From a virus (Duplodnaviria > Caudoviricetes), in the IMG/VR virus record IMGVR_UViG_3300021431_000091, positions 1 to 64,000 of that record: a DNA stretch of 64,000 nucleotides. One strand, 5' to 3'. The notes beneath the pieces are model-generated. The model made no database searches. It was given only the letters and a program-made list of their open reading frames with translations, and was not told the origin of the DNA. The position numbers and the translations under genes are program-made. Positions 51,279 to 60,296 of this stretch are shown here, one piece after another; position 1 is the stretch's first letter, and each line of letters starts with the position of its first letter.

Positions 51279-51587
51279 ATGGCAAAACAATTCAAACAAT
51301 CCAAGTTCCTCGTAATTGAGGCTACCGAGGCAGAGTTCGCTGCAATCGGTTTTGGTTTCCCAGTTCAGTTCGTTGGTCGTGTTATTGTATGCGACAACTG
51401 CAACGAGCAGATTAATGGTGAAACGTGCTATTTCATCCCAGTTTTGAATCGGGTGTTCTGTAAGGAATGCTTTGACCACTGGAATGCTACTGCTGAGCAC
51501 TACTCAGAGGATGACAGCTATGAGAAGGTGCATTATGACGGAGTAAAGAACAAACTAATTGAAATAGGAGTTTGGGGAGATGAGTAA
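51279..51587 (+). CDS. Zn-finger-like hypothetical protein
   Basis: CDNC...CKEC. Confidence 0.6.
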   Translation: MAKQFKQSKFLVIEATEAEFAAIGFGFPVQFVGRVIVCDNCNEQINGETCYFIPVLNRVFCKECFDHWNATAEHYSEDDSYEKVHYDGVKNKLIEIGVWGDE

Positions 51588-52062
51588 GAGATATTTGCTG
51601 GACGCTATCCTGGATGCCCACACAGCAGCTGAGATTGCCGAGGAAGATAACATAACCGAGGAACAGGCTGCTAAGGTATGGTTCGACAACGTGATATGTG
51701 AGAATGAGGGTAAGTTTGAAAACATGCCAAGAAACCACAATTTCGTTGACGTAATCAGCAAGGACTGGGACCTTTACTATGACTACGGAGCATCATACTA
51801 CTTTGCGGTCAACAACAAGAAGAACCTCAACGACCTGTTTGAAAAGGCACTCCAGTATGTTCGTGAAAACCATGAATGGAGCGAGGCTTGTGAGGCTTAT
51901 GCGCTGGAGATAGTTGAGAAGATGAGGTGCCCGATTGATCAGGCATCTGAAGAAATTGAGAACGAAATCCGTGACCTCATGGATAGCTTCGGATACGAGA
52001 ACGACCTGCCAGACGACTGGTGGAGCGACTGGGACGTTGATGATATTTTCTTCAAGTTATAA
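51580..52062 (+). CDS. Acidic hypothetical protein
   Basis: ORF track. Confidence 0.6.
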   Translation: MSKRYLLDAILDAHTAAEIAEEDNITEEQAAKVWFDNVICENEGKFENMPRNHNFVDVISKDWDLYYDYGASYYFAVNNKKNLNDLFEKALQYVRENHEWSEACEAYALEIVEKMRCPIDQASEEIENEIRDLMDSFGYENDLPDDWWSDWDVDDIFFKL

Positions 52063-52081
52063 CAATTAAACAATCACAATT

Positions 52082-52891
52082 ATGGACAATCGGATTTATA
52101 AGCAGGAAGAATATCGTGGATATACCATTAAGGTGCTCTACGATTATAACCCACAATCCCCAAGAGAATGGGATAACCTGGGTACAATCTACTCAAACAG
52201 CAGGAGATATGACCCAGACGGGCACTCCATTGAGGAGATTATTGACAGTGAGACTGGAGGGCTGGACAAGGAATTTGTGAAGAACAACATTATGCTTGAC
52301 ATCTATGCTTATCAGCACAGCGGTATCACAATCAGCACCAGCAGAGGCGGGCAATTCAGTGACCCCTGGGATAGCGGTTTGTTTGGTATTATTGCCATAT
52401 CAAAGGAGGACGCTATCAAGAACTGGGGTAAGAAAATATGCACCAAGGAGGTTCGTGAGAAAGCCTTGAAACGTCTTGAGGGTGAGGTTGAGACTCTTGA
52501 CCAGTTCTACACTGGAGATGTCTATGGCTACGTTATCGAGGACGAGGATGAGTGCGAGATTGATTCTTGCTGGGGTTACTACGGCAGCGAGTGGATTGAT
52601 AAAGACCTCATTCCAGAGTGTAAGGCTATCATAGACCATGAGATTGAGAAACAGGAGAAGAGGCATGAGGAAAACCTTGATAAGGTCAAGACAAACATCC
52701 TGCTCTTTGTTGGCGACACATTCTTCTCTGGCATGGAGTTCTTCAGGGTCTCCTCAGATATGTTCGGTCTCCCAGTTATCGAAAAGGCAAGGCTTAAGAA
52801 AGGCAGGTTGCGTGATGAGTTCTTTAATACGGTATCGCTCCAGGATGTTCCTGAGAGCGTGCTGGAAGATATGGTTAAACTAATTGCTTAG
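52082..52891 (+). CDS. Hypothetical phage protein
   Basis: SPREWDNLG...DSCWGYYG motifs. Confidence 0.65.
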   Translation: MDNRIYKQEEYRGYTIKVLYDYNPQSPREWDNLGTIYSNSRRYDPDGHSIEEIIDSETGGLDKEFVKNNIMLDIYAYQHSGITISTSRGGQFSDPWDSGLFGIIAISKEDAIKNWGKKICTKEVREKALKRLEGEVETLDQFYTGDVYGYVIEDEDECEIDSCWGYYGSEWIDKDLIPECKAIIDHEIEKQEKRHEENLDKVKTNILLFVGDTFFSGMEFFRVSSDMFGLPVIEKARLKKGRLRDEFFNTVSLQDVPESVLEDMVKLIA

Positions 52892-52894
52892 GAT

Positions 52895-53386
52895 ATGGCA
52901 CACTACAAGATTTTCCAGGTAAGTCCCGTCCAGATTGAGGATGAGGACTACATAACGGCTGATGAACTTCAGGACAATATGATTGACGGACAGTACACTG
53001 AGTTTGCGGACTACATTGATGATGAGCTTGACAACGAGGAGGTACTGGATGCACTCAGTTCACTTGAGAGGCTTCTTGGCGACATTTTCTATGTTGATGG
53101 CAGAATCCTGACATTCAAGGGTGCCGATAAGTTTGTTGACAAGTGGATTGCTGAAATGAAGAACCAGCTTGAAAAGGTCACACCAAAGAAGTCGCTTTCA
53201 TTCTGGGAACTTCGCAAGATGACAACCCAGACACACTTAATGGTTTGGAGTAGGTTTATGTGGACCGATGAGGATGGAAACAAAAATTACCCAGATGAGC
53301 TGGGCGATTTCGTTCTGGCCTGCTACAAGAACCTCAAGCCAGGCGACAAGCTGTATGTTGGCGGTATTGTTGGATTTAAGTTCTGA
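52895..53386 (+). CDS. Hypothetical protein
   Basis: ORF track. Confidence 0.6.
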   Translation: MAHYKIFQVSPVQIEDEDYITADELQDNMIDGQYTEFADYIDDELDNEEVLDALSSLERLLGDIFYVDGRILTFKGADKFVDKWIAEMKNQLEKVTPKKSLSFWELRKMTTQTHLMVWSRFMWTDEDGNKNYPDELGDFVLACYKNLKPGDKLYVGGIVGFKF

Positions 53387-53391
53387 TTAGT

Positions 53392-53607
53392 ATGGCAAAG
53401 TTAGTAATTCTTGATTTTACAACTACCAGGGTTTTAATTGTGGATGTCTGTGAGGAACTGGTGGAGAAACTGGAAAACGAATATGACAATGACACGGAAT
53501 CCTGGCTGTGCGAAGAGGGGCTTGAAGCCAAACTCGAAATAGACATTAGCAACATCCATTATATGTGGCTTGATGACAGCGAAACAATTCAACACTTAAC
53601 GATTTGA
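53392..53607 (+). CDS. Small acidic protein
   Basis: ORF track. Confidence 0.55.
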   Translation: MAKLVILDFTTTRVLIVDVCEELVEKLENEYDNDTESWLCEEGLEAKLEIDISNIHYMWLDDSETIQHLTI

Positions 53608-53610
53608 GCT

Positions 53611-53892
53611 ATGTACGAGCCTGACAGGAAACAGATGATTTGGACCGTGATTGATGCGGTCCAGCATGGAAGAATTCCTCACAAAATCCTTCAAGATGAT
53701 GATGCCATACTTTCTTACCGAGTTATTGAGGATGGCGTTGTTAAAGAGTGTGAGGATGAATACGACTATGTTGAGCGGTGTGCCCCGTATTTCGTGTGGT
53801 TTATCGCTGGAACTGGGTATGAGAACTTTAGCATACCACTCTCTGATTTGACGGATGAAAGTCTGTTGAAATTATACAATCTTTTCAAATAA
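53611..53892 (+). CDS. Hypothetical protein
   Basis: ORF track. Confidence 0.55.
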   Translation: MYEPDRKQMIWTVIDAVQHGRIPHKILQDDDAILSYRVIEDGVVKECEDEYDYVERCAPYFVWFIAGTGYENFSIPLSDLTDESLLKLYNLFK

Positions 53893-53916
53893 CAACAATC
53901 AAAAACAATTACAATT

Positions 53917-54933
53917 ATGAACAACGGAATTTTCAGTGGTATGGATTTCAATTCAGTAGGTGGAGTTATGGCAGCACCCCAGCCAGCACAGGTAATACAG
54001 GAGGTTGCCAATGCACCAGCCGTTTATGACCCAGACCACTTCAAGAGCTGGGAAGAGTTCAAGACCCAGGACATTACATTGGAGCAGCTGAGAAAGACCA
54101 ACCGAGAGCTTAACGGAGGTCTGCCAATGCACGGAATCCACCACTTTGAGCTGGTTGATGCCGTCATGAATGAGGTAAAGAAAGTGGGACTGGAGCCTGA
54201 GATATTCGATATGTTTGCTGCAAAGGCAGGCGGTTCCCAGTATCCTGGTGTGTCCCTGAATGAGGATATTGTAAAGACCCTGCATGATGAGAATGCGAGG
54301 ATGAACGTCCAGGCATATACCGTTCGCCGAGTCTACACCACCATCCATATCAAGGGCTTCGATGACGGGGAGAGCGACCAGAGTATTGCACTGTCCTACC
54401 ACCAGTCTGGGATACAGGTTGCGATTGGTCGTAATGTCCGTATCTGCCACAATCAGACAATCCTGGGTGCTGACCGTTCATTCCAGACTTATTCTCGTGG
54501 TGGAAATGGTCGCCTCAAGGAAAAGGTTACCTACCAGGATGTGCTCCAAAAGGTATCTGAGTGGATGAGCAATATCCACAACATTACCTTTGAGGACGAC
54601 CAGAAGATTGCCAGGATGAAAGCTACGGTTATTCCACCAGCCAAGATTTTCCTGCTGATTGGTATGCTGACCGCTACCCGCGTGGCAATTGATTCGAGCC
54701 TTAAGGATGTCCGTATCCAGGGCACCTACCCTCTCAATAACTTCCAGATTAACCAGATGACTGAGCAGTTGCTTCTTCGCAATGCCCACAATCAGCAGGT
54801 TACAGCCTGGGATTTCTACTCAATAGCGAACGATATGTACAAGCCAAGCCTCATGGACACTACCCAGCTGTTCCCTCAGAATGAGGCTATGGTGCAGTTC
54901 ATTGACCAGTACGTAATGGCTCCTGCTGTATGA
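53917..54933 (+). CDS. DUF932-like protein
   Basis: GIQVAIGRNVRICHNQTI motif and TAWDFY C-terminal helix. Confidence 0.55.
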   Translation: MNNGIFSGMDFNSVGGVMAAPQPAQVIQEVANAPAVYDPDHFKSWEEFKTQDITLEQLRKTNRELNGGLPMHGIHHFELVDAVMNEVKKVGLEPEIFDMFAAKAGGSQYPGVSLNEDIVKTLHDENARMNVQAYTVRRVYTTIHIKGFDDGESDQSIALSYHQSGIQVAIGRNVRICHNQTILGADRSFQTYSRGGNGRLKEKVTYQDVLQKVSEWMSNIHNITFEDDQKIARMKATVIPPAKIFLLIGMLTATRVAIDSSLKDVRIQGTYPLNNFQINQMTEQLLLRNAHNQQVTAWDFYSIANDMYKPSLMDTTQLFPQNEAMVQFIDQYVMAPAV

Positions 54934-55271
54934 TAAATGTTTGGCAAGTTACTGGAGAGAACAGAAATGAAGCTCTCCAGCTTCTTAGGGAATATAGGGA
55001 AATAAATGGTGAGAATGAAAGCGGTTATCTGTTTGATTTTTCCCATGACAATATCCCTGAAATTATTCTCGAAGATGTTGTGGATGGAAGATATTACAAG
55101 GCGAAGTGTTCCGCAGTAAATCTTGAGCTTGGCAGTACAAGAATTGAGGTGTTTGTCGAGAGTGATGAGGAACGCGGAATTATGCTTGACCAGTGGTACA
55201 ATGTCGAAAGTGCCTGTGGTCTTACGGAAAACAATGTGTATTTGGCTATTCTTAAAGAACTTGAATCTTGA
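54930..55271 (+). CDS. Hypothetical protein
   Basis: ORF track. Confidence 0.55.
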   Translation: MINVWQVTGENRNEALQLLREYREINGENESGYLFDFSHDNIPEIILEDVVDGRYYKAKCSAVNLELGSTRIEVFVESDEERGIMLDQWYNVESACGLTENNVYLAILKELES

Positions 55272-55558
55272 TTATGGAAGAGTATATCAAACAAATCGAG
55301 AACCTTCTACAGGAAAACGGATTGCATCTGGATGTCTATCAGAAAGACTGCTATCCTTCATGCACAGTGACCATATTTATTGAGGGCGACTGGAAACATG
55401 ACCACCTGTATGTAAAGCACCTTCTGTCCACTATTGGGTTCAACGAGGTGCGAGAGGACGTTATCGGCAGCACAGACTCCGACTACTATAAGTCAGAGCA
55501 CACTTTCATGTATGCTTCTGAGGATGCGATCAATTCACTTAAGGAAATGTTTTCATAA
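55268..55558 (+). CDS. Hypothetical protein
   Basis: IEGDWKHDH motif. Confidence 0.55.
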   Translation: MIMEEYIKQIENLLQENGLHLDVYQKDCYPSCTVTIFIEGDWKHDHLYVKHLLSTIGFNEVREDVIGSTDSDYYKSEHTFMYASEDAINSLKEMFS

Positions 55559-55569
55559 AATCAGGTAAT

Positions 55570-55800
55570 ATGGCAAAGGTAATTACAGTAGAGGAACTTT
55601 ACAAGCATTGTAAGGCGCAGATAGCTCAAGGTAACGGCAAGAAGAAGATACTGCTCTCCAGTGATGATGAGGGCAATGAGTTCCATGAGATGTTCTTCAC
55701 ATTTACACCTACTGACGGGTATTTTGATGGAAAGCCGTATGACCCGATTGCCCCAAGAGAAGCAGTAGAGAAACCTGATGACTACATAATTCTGGGATAA
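55570..55800 (+). CDS. Small hypothetical protein directly upstream of RT
   Basis: ILLSSDDEGNEFH motif; stop 1 nt before RT ATG. Confidence 0.6.
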   Translation: MAKVITVEELYKHCKAQIAQGNGKKKILLSSDDEGNEFHEMFFTFTPTDGYFDGKPYDPIAPREAVEKPDDYIILG

Positions 55801-55801
55801 T

Positions 55802-57076
55802 ATGGAAGATAAGATTTTGACAATGTTCTTCTCTCCAGACCGCTGGGAAGCTGCAATTGAGAAAGGTGTTGGTAAGGACATCGACAAAGCCTATCTCTAC
55901 CAGCTGACCAAGGAGGAGACAAGAATACGGATTTATGAGCTGATGAAGGCTGGGAAATATGAGATTGCACCACCCCACACAGCCCAGATTCCTAAGGATA
56001 CACCTGGTGAGTTCAGAACTGTGTATGTGAATGAGCCTGTTGACCGAGTTGTGCTGAGTATTGCCAATGACCTGCTGTTTGAACTGACACCTGACCGAAT
56101 CCACCCCAGCTGCAAGGCATACCGTAAGGGAATCGGTTGTGGAATGGTTGTGCAGCAGATAGCTGAGAAGTCACACAAGGTAAGCACTGATATACTGGGA
56201 TGGAAGTCTGATTTGAGCAAGTACTTTGATTCCGTTCCAGTCCAGTTCATTGACAAGCAGTTTGACATGGTTGAGGAGCGTTATGGCAAGAGTGCCGTGA
56301 TTAATGTTCTGAGAAAGTACTACCATTCCGACTTCTACTTTGACACTGAGGGAAATCTCCAGTCCACCTACCAGTCACTCAAGCAAGGATGTTCGGTTGC
56401 AAGCTGGCTGGCTGATGTTATTCTGTTTGACATCGATACCAAACTGAGTGAACTTGGTGAGTATGTCCGCTATTCCGATGATATGCTGTTTGTTGGCGAC
56501 CAGTATTTTCAGGGAATGAACGTTTTGACCGAGGAGCTGGGTAAGATGGACATGAAGCTGAACCCGAAGAAAGTTGAGTACCTGGAGCGTGGCAAGTGGT
56601 TCAAGTTCCTGGGATTCTCACTCAATCTGGGTAAGGACAAGGACAATATTACCCTGGCAAAGTCACGTATCAAGACATTCCAGAAAGAGATTGAGGCACG
56701 CACCATTAAGAAGCGAGGAACCACATTCCAGAAAGCACTTAACGCTGTGAACCGCTATCTCTACAAAGGAAACGGACAGTTCTCATGGGCTACCCAGGTT
56801 CTCCCGATTGTGACAGTCAAGAAAGATGTTGATGAGCTGAACAAGTTTGTCATGGATGCTTTGAGGGCGGTTAAGACTGGGAAGATGAAAATCGGCGGTC
56901 TTGGTTATGTCCGAGATAAGGCTGATGGCTGTATTGTAAGAGGAATCGGAAAGAACGTAAGGGCTAACCGAAAGAAAACTGGTGATGATTTGGGCGACTA
57001 TCTGAGTATTGGTTGTATGATGAATGCAATCAAGACAAGGAAAGCTGTCTATAACACACTGGTTGCTCAGATGTAA
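55802..57076 (+). CDS. Reverse transcriptase (unclassified/UG-type; not group II intron, not DGR-type)
   Basis: IPKDTPGEFRTV, DRVV, KSDLSKYFDSV, LKQGCSVAS, YVRYSDD catalytic motif, FKFLGF; 424 aa with no endonuclease domain. Confidence 0.93.
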   Translation: MEDKILTMFFSPDRWEAAIEKGVGKDIDKAYLYQLTKEETRIRIYELMKAGKYEIAPPHTAQIPKDTPGEFRTVYVNEPVDRVVLSIANDLLFELTPDRIHPSCKAYRKGIGCGMVVQQIAEKSHKVSTDILGWKSDLSKYFDSVPVQFIDKQFDMVEERYGKSAVINVLRKYYHSDFYFDTEGNLQSTYQSLKQGCSVASWLADVILFDIDTKLSELGEYVRYSDDMLFVGDQYFQGMNVLTEELGKMDMKLNPKKVEYLERGKWFKFLGFSLNLGKDKDNITLAKSRIKTFQKEIEARTIKKRGTTFQKALNAVNRYLYKGNGQFSWATQVLPIVTVKKDVDELNKFVMDALRAVKTGKMKIGGLGYVRDKADGCIVRGIGKNVRANRKKTGDDLGDYLSIGCMMNAIKTRKAVYNTLVAQM

Positions 57077-58466
57077 CTTGAAACTGAAGTGCAAGGTGTC
57101 CATGAATTCAGATTCCCGCTCATTAATTACGCCCACTTCACACCCTCGCGGTTAACACCGCAGAGGAGGTTCAAGGGCGTAACAAGAAGCTGGAAACATC
57201 TACAAAATAAAGAGACAAGCAAGGACAATGAGCACTTCTACTGACAGCGCAGTTATGGAACACAAGGTATCAATTAATTCAGTGTCTACGATGAGTAATA
57301 AGGCGGCCAGCACACGGACAATACCTGCTTTCACAGGTACAGGTCCAGTGTGCGGCAGCCTCACACTCAATCGAGGCTACATCTATATACTGAAGGGATG
57401 CGCCATGATATTGAGTGTTCCAGCTGGAAAGCGCATGATGGAATACAAGGCATCAAAATTCATTCCTCTGGGATTGAAGAAGGTGATCTTCCAGGAGGCT
57501 CTACAGGAATATATCCTGTGTACCCTCCAGGACGATCACCTTCGATTCCCAGACTTCAATCTGAGAATTAAAGAAATGCGCCGTGATGATGAGTATTCCT
57601 GCCCAGCACAGGGCATAGGGCAAAAGGCATTAGGTTCAGAGCACCTGGAGCCAATAGCTGTTGGAGTCAGCTTCTTACTGGGAACAATTCCCAGTTCTAA
57701 GCTGGAGCCAACAGCTCCTTCCAGGTTAAACATCTGCTTAGTAAAGATATGTGCTGCAATGCATGATGTCCTACTCGTTTTGTCTGCATTGACTGAGGTG
57801 GTATATGGTGGCAAATTCAAGCAAGATGGCATATCAACAGAATCCAGAACGCGGCAGCACCTATTGTTGCAGTGCCGCGTAGCTTAGATTCTGTTTCACT
57901 TGCCATCTGATTATCTGAGAGATAAAGTAAAATGCAAAGTCACAAAGTATCACAACACCAGCACAGGGCTATGGCTTCGAGGACCTGGTGTTTCAGTTCA
58001 CCCGTTAGTATGCCTCTACAGCGGGATACGACGTGTAATACCTTCTACGTCGTATCCCGCTTCCAAAGCAACCGAACGGGTCGGGCGCAACATCTGTGTA
58101 ATAAAGTAATGTGCCAAAAGGTATGAGGAGCTGTTACATCCCAGCACAGGGTTATGGTCAAGGGCAGAGCGTTCACTAAACAGTGAATGATATGACTCAA
58201 TAATCCTTGTGATGATCTTCAACCAGATCCTAACCAGGATTATCGGAAGTCATCCTTGCACTGTTTGCAATCTGACCAATAAAGAAAGTGCCAGTCTGCT
58301 GAGACCAGTTTTAGCGTGAAAATAATGTACAAGAAAGTCAATCCTGTTCACTAAACCGGATCTAAGTACATCCGAGGGCCGATCTCATATTTGAGATGGC
58401 CCGTCTGATGTAGTATCACCGGTTTCGATCTGCATATTAAAGAAACACGCCACGACTTTGAGTACA
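57077..58466 (+). ncRNA. Tandem array of 8 structurally conserved, sequence-diverse RT-associated RNA units (~177-nt period)
   Basis: Outer stems at 57086-57238, 57256-57422, 57440-57599, 57616-57773, 57798-57953, 57971-58134, 58155-58307, 58326-58466; each has TTCA, a long variable hairpin and ATCT-N6-TRAAG. Confidence 0.85.
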
Positions 58467-58488
58467 CAATTTAAAAACAAAATGCAAA

Positions 58489-58941
58489 ATGGAAGAAAGA
58501 ACAATCTTTGAAAAGGCGGTTGATGCCGTAACAAATGGTGAGAAGTTCAAGGTCAACCTGGAGAAAAGAAGCCTTCAGATTGGGGATGAATATCTTATCA
58601 AGGACGGAAAGTATGATGGTGTCCTGCATAATGGTGTGGGATTCAGCATCAGCACGTTTGAGGACTTATATCAAATCTACAAGCACTCCAGACCATCTGA
58701 GCGTAGCGAGAACAAGCAGCGTAAGTACTTCAAGGCTCTGAAACTGAACGAGCTGGAAGAGGACGATATGCTGTATGGTGATGACAGGGAACTTGCCCAG
58801 TTGTCGCTTGAGCTTTACCTGTTATGCTGGATTCTCTCAGGAACTTTTGTCTGGGATGAGGAAAGCATGGGCAAGTGGTTCTGGCAATCACAGAATGACA
58901 AGGATTTGGTCATCCTTCGCTCTTGGATAGACGGCAAATGA
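58489..58941 (+). CDS. Hypothetical protein, probable accessory gene of the RT-array system
   Basis: 150 aa directly after array; YKHSRPSERS, GKWFWQS motifs. Confidence 0.7.
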   Translation: MEERTIFEKAVDAVTNGEKFKVNLEKRSLQIGDEYLIKDGKYDGVLHNGVGFSISTFEDLYQIYKHSRPSERSENKQRKYFKALKLNELEEDDMLYGDDRELAQLSLELYLLCWILSGTFVWDEESMGKWFWQSQNDKDLVILRSWIDGK

Positions 58942-59000
58942 CCAGCAAATTAGAGAACATTTTTAATCAATTTTATTTCACATTTTAAACAACTACAATT

Positions 59001-60080
59001 ATGGCAAACAAGAAGAACAACACGGTGAACAATGAGACAAAGTTAGTATGCCCCAACTGCGGTGCTGAGTTTGAGATTAATGAGCATGAGTGCCAGGTAA
59101 AAAATGCAACCGTTATCGGTGCCGACTCTGGACTGGGAACTATCTACATGAAACTCAAGGACCGCCAGGAGCAGCTGAACAAGGCAGGCATTGACACCAG
59201 CAAGTACTTCAGCATGAACATCCCAGGTGAGGGTGAGAAGCTGATGAAGAAGGTGGGTAACGTCTATCAGGAGGTCGAGGACAACGACCCAGTTATGCTG
59301 CTTATCATGAAGGGTGGCACTATCCCCAGCCGAGACCTGTTCCGCAGATGGGTTATGTCTCAGGTGTTCCAGGGCCTTATCTATCATGGTTACTGGGGTC
59401 GCGGATTCGCTGCCTGGGTCAAGATGAAGGGCTACAAGTACACCTGGATGATGACCGAGGAGGAGCTGCGTGTCCAGGCGAAGCTCTACAAGAAGGATAT
59501 GGAGAACTTCAAGCAGCGCAACCGCTGGTTCAACAAGGATGTGGCTTTCTCCATGTGTGAGGACTACATCAAGAAGCTGGAGAAGGTGATTTCCGACAAG
59601 AAGGCAAACCACCTCCACAAGTGCAAGGGGGTTCCCTACATCTGCATCGGTGGACGTAACGTATTCTGCTCCGACCTCTACTCCAAGATTTACAAACCAC
59701 TGTACGATGCGGAGGCTAAGGTTAATGGTGCCAAGACTCCAGATGCCCTGTACACTGCATTCCGTCACTTCCGCACCATTATGATTGGTCTGGACCGGAA
59801 AACATCTCACTGCAACGAGTGGTTTGATGCCTACAAGGGAGCTGGTGCATACTACACCATGAAGAACATCATCCTGTTCCACGAAGGCAGATTCCGTGAC
59901 AGCAACGGCAGATTCCTCAGTAAGCAGGCTTCACTGGACTATCTGGAGGCTAAGGCTGAGGAGTATTCCCATGAGGGCTGGAGACTGTTCGGTGTAATGA
60001 GAAAGCTCATCAAGGACGCTGGCATCAACATCAACAAGAAGCGTCAGGAGTGGGCTATGGCAAAGAAGATTAAGCGTTAA
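59001..60080 (+). CDS. Hypothetical protein with N-terminal Zn ribbon, probable accessory gene of the RT-array system
   Basis: 359 aa, CPNC; LFRRWV, WFDAYKGAGAYYTMKN; bracketed by array units 8 and 9. Confidence 0.72.
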   Translation: MANKKNNTVNNETKLVCPNCGAEFEINEHECQVKNATVIGADSGLGTIYMKLKDRQEQLNKAGIDTSKYFSMNIPGEGEKLMKKVGNVYQEVEDNDPVMLLIMKGGTIPSRDLFRRWVMSQVFQGLIYHGYWGRGFAAWVKMKGYKYTWMMTEEELRVQAKLYKKDMENFKQRNRWFNKDVAFSMCEDYIKKLEKVISDKKANHLHKCKGVPYICIGGRNVFCSDLYSKIYKPLYDAEAKVNGAKTPDALYTAFRHFRTIMIGLDRKTSHCNEWFDAYKGAGAYYTMKNIILFHEGRFRDSNGRFLSKQASLDYLEAKAEEYSHEGWRLFGVMRKLIKDAGININKKRQEWAMAKKIKR

Positions 60081-60094
60081 ACAGCAACCCAGGT

Positions 60095-60266
60095 AACATG
60101 AACCTGTCCGTCAAGGCAGCCAAATTCACTTATCCTGATTTCTAATTAAGCAGGCACCGGCGTGCCTGAGAGTTGATTAACTTCATTCTACGCCGGTGCC
60201 TCGCTTCCCGAAAGTCAGGATCACATCTACGGAATAAAGGAACATGGCGAGGCTGTGAGATGGACA
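60095..60266 (+). ncRNA. Ninth, detached copy of the RT-associated RNA unit
   Basis: TGTCCGTC-AAGG-CAGCC...GGCTG-TGA-GATGGACA outer stem, AATTCA, 12-bp inner stem, ATCT-ACGGAA-TAAAG. Confidence 0.82.
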
Positions 60267-60296
60267 ATTTAAAAACAATCAAAACAAGTACACATT

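Noticed and set aside
55802-57076. RT as group II intron or DGR RT
   Set aside because: No intron domain V/VI or interrupted gene seen; lacks the DGR GNxxSQ motif, and no adjacent TR or avd-like gene was found.
57228-57887. 219-aa ORF (and the smaller ORFs at 57350-58222) over the RT-downstream region
   Set aside because: Protein looks non-biological and overlaps four RNA units whose covarying stems and fixed-spacing motifs explain the sequence better; treated as chance open frames.
57077-58466. CRISPR array
   Set aside because: No near-identical direct repeats, period ~177 nt, no cas genes; conservation is structural.
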